DNA from: Anaeramoeba ignava BMAN
Taxonomy: Eukaryota; Protista; Anaeramoebae
NCBI GenBank assembly: GCA_028826165.1
Contig: JAPDFW010000056.1
Location: forward strand, 1 to 64,000
DNA: 64,000 nt
Reading direction: 5' to 3'
The notes beneath the pieces were generated by a model. That model saw only the letters and a list, made by a program, of their open reading frames with translations. It ran no database searches and was not told the origin of the DNA. A program made the translations under genes and the position numbers. Positions 62,006 through 64,000 of the stretch are shown piece after piece. Numbering within the stretch: position 1 is the stretch's first letter; each line of letters opens with the position of its first letter.

Positions 62006-64000
62006 GTTTATTAAATTTTTAATAATTTTATAAATAATTTTAATAATAAATTTTAATAATAATTTTAATAATAATATTTATAAATAATTTAATTTAAATA
62101 ATAATTTTATAAATAATAATTTTAATAATAATTTTATTAATAATTTTAATAATAATTTTAATAATAATTTTAATAATAATTTAAATAATAATTTTATTAA
62201 TAATTTTATAAATAATTTTATAAATAATTTTAATAATAATTTTAATAATAATTTTATAATAATTTAATAATAATTTTATAAATAATTTTATAAATAATTT
62301 TTATTTATAATTTTTAATAATAATTTTAATAATAAATTTTAAATAATAATTTTAATAATAATTTTTTAATAATAATTTTAATAATAATTTTAATAATAAT
62401 TTTAATAATAATTTTAAATAATAATTTAAAATAATAATTTTTAATAATAATTTTAATAATAAATTTAATAATAATTTTAATAATAATTTAAATAATAATT
62501 TTATTTTAATAATAATTTTAAAATAATAATTTTAATAATAATTTAAAATAATAATTTTAATAATAATTTTTAATAATAATTTTAATAATAATTTTAATAA
62601 TAATTTTAATAAATAATTTAAATAATAATTTAAATAATAATTTAAATAATAATTTTAATAATAATTTAAATAATAATTTTAATAATAATTTAATAATAAT
62701 TTTAATAATAATTTTAATAATAATTTAAATAATAATTTAAATAATAATTTAAATAATAATTTTAATAATAAATTTTAATAATAATTTTATTAATAATTTT
62801 AAATAATAATTTAAATAATAATTTTAATAATATTTTAATAATAATTTTAATAATAATTTAATAATAGATTTTAATAAAATAATTTTAATAATAATTTATT
62901 AATAATTTATTAATAATTTTAATAATAATTTATTAATAATTTTAAATAATAATTTATTAATAATTTTAATAATAATTTTAATAATAATTTAATTAATAAT
63001 TTTAATAATAATTTTAATAATAATTTTAATAATAATTTTTAATAATAATTTTAATAATAATTTTATTAATAATTTTAAATAATAATTTTTAATAATAATT
63101 TTAAATAATAATTTTAATAATAATTTAAATAATAATTTTTAAATAATAATTTTTTAATAATAAAATTTAAATAATAAATTTTAATAATAATTTTAATAAT
63201 AATTTAAATAATAATTTTGATAATAATTTTAAATAATAATTTTTAATAATAATTTTAAATAATAATTTTAATATAATAATTTCTAATAATAATTTTATAT
63301 TAATTTTAAATAATAATTTAAAATAATAATTTTAAATAATAATTTTAATAATAATTTTTAATAATAATTTTAATAATAATTTTAATAATAATTTTATTAA
63401 TAATTTTATTAATAATTTTATTAATAATTTTAATAATAATTTTAAATAATAATTTTATTAATAATTTTAATAATAATTTTAAAATAATAATTTTAATAAT
63501 AATTTAAATAATAATTTTAATAATAATTTAAATAATAATTTTAATAATAATTTTAATAATAATTTAATAAATAATTTAAATAATAATTTTAATAATAATT
63601 TTAAATAATAATTTTAATAATAATTTAAATAATAATTTAAAATAATAATTTTAATAATAATTTTAATAATAATTTTTAATAATAATTTTAATAATAATTT
63701 ATAAATAATTTTAATAATAATTTTAAATAATAATTTAAATAATAATTTTAATAATAATTTTTAATAATAATTTTAATAATAATTTTAATAATAATTTTAA
63801 TAATAATTTAAATAATAATTTAAATAATAATTTTATAATAATTTAAATAATAATTTTAATAATAATTTTAATAATAATTTAAATAATAATTTTAATAATA
63901 ATTTTAATAATAATTTAAATAATAATTTTAATAATAATTTTAATAATAATTTAAATAATAATTTTAATAATAATTTTAATAATAATTTTAATAATAATTT
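62006..64000 (+). repeat. Repeat-expanded intron, (AATAATTTTAAT)n, running off the window
   Basis: GTTTAT donor after TGG AAG; 12-nt units. Confidence 0.8.

Overview
Extremely AT-rich, intron-containing eukaryotic DNA with a standard genetic code, GT-AG introns and microsatellite-bloated introns. The style and the TCATTT initiator-like motifs suggest an anaerobic metamonad such as Anaeramoeba, which is an inference. About 20-64 kb is a compact housekeeping block: FAN1, EFR3, a COPI-associated/TVP15-like protein, RPL39, D-cysteine desulfhydrase, NOL9/Grc3, TBC1D15/Gyp7, MEMO1, a U5 snRNA gene, PHAF1/UPF0183, a GT-C-like membrane protein, RasGAP, LisH-RasGEF and the start of a SYS1-like gene. 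About 1-20 kb looks like junk in the ORF track but hides the main finding: a minus-strand coiled-coil/ankyrin-repeat gene containing nine single-codon (3-nt) microexons and one 9-nt microexon. Each is framed by (A/T)TAG|NNN|GT and all are in phase 0. Three of them (E, Y, R) supply exactly the residues of the ankyrin beta-hairpin loop. That region also has a heavily decayed LINE-like element inside one intron, other decayed coding-like DNA, and a 3x ~1.8-kb higher-order repeat. Gene models were assembled by eye, so splice coordinates need RNA-seq confirmation.
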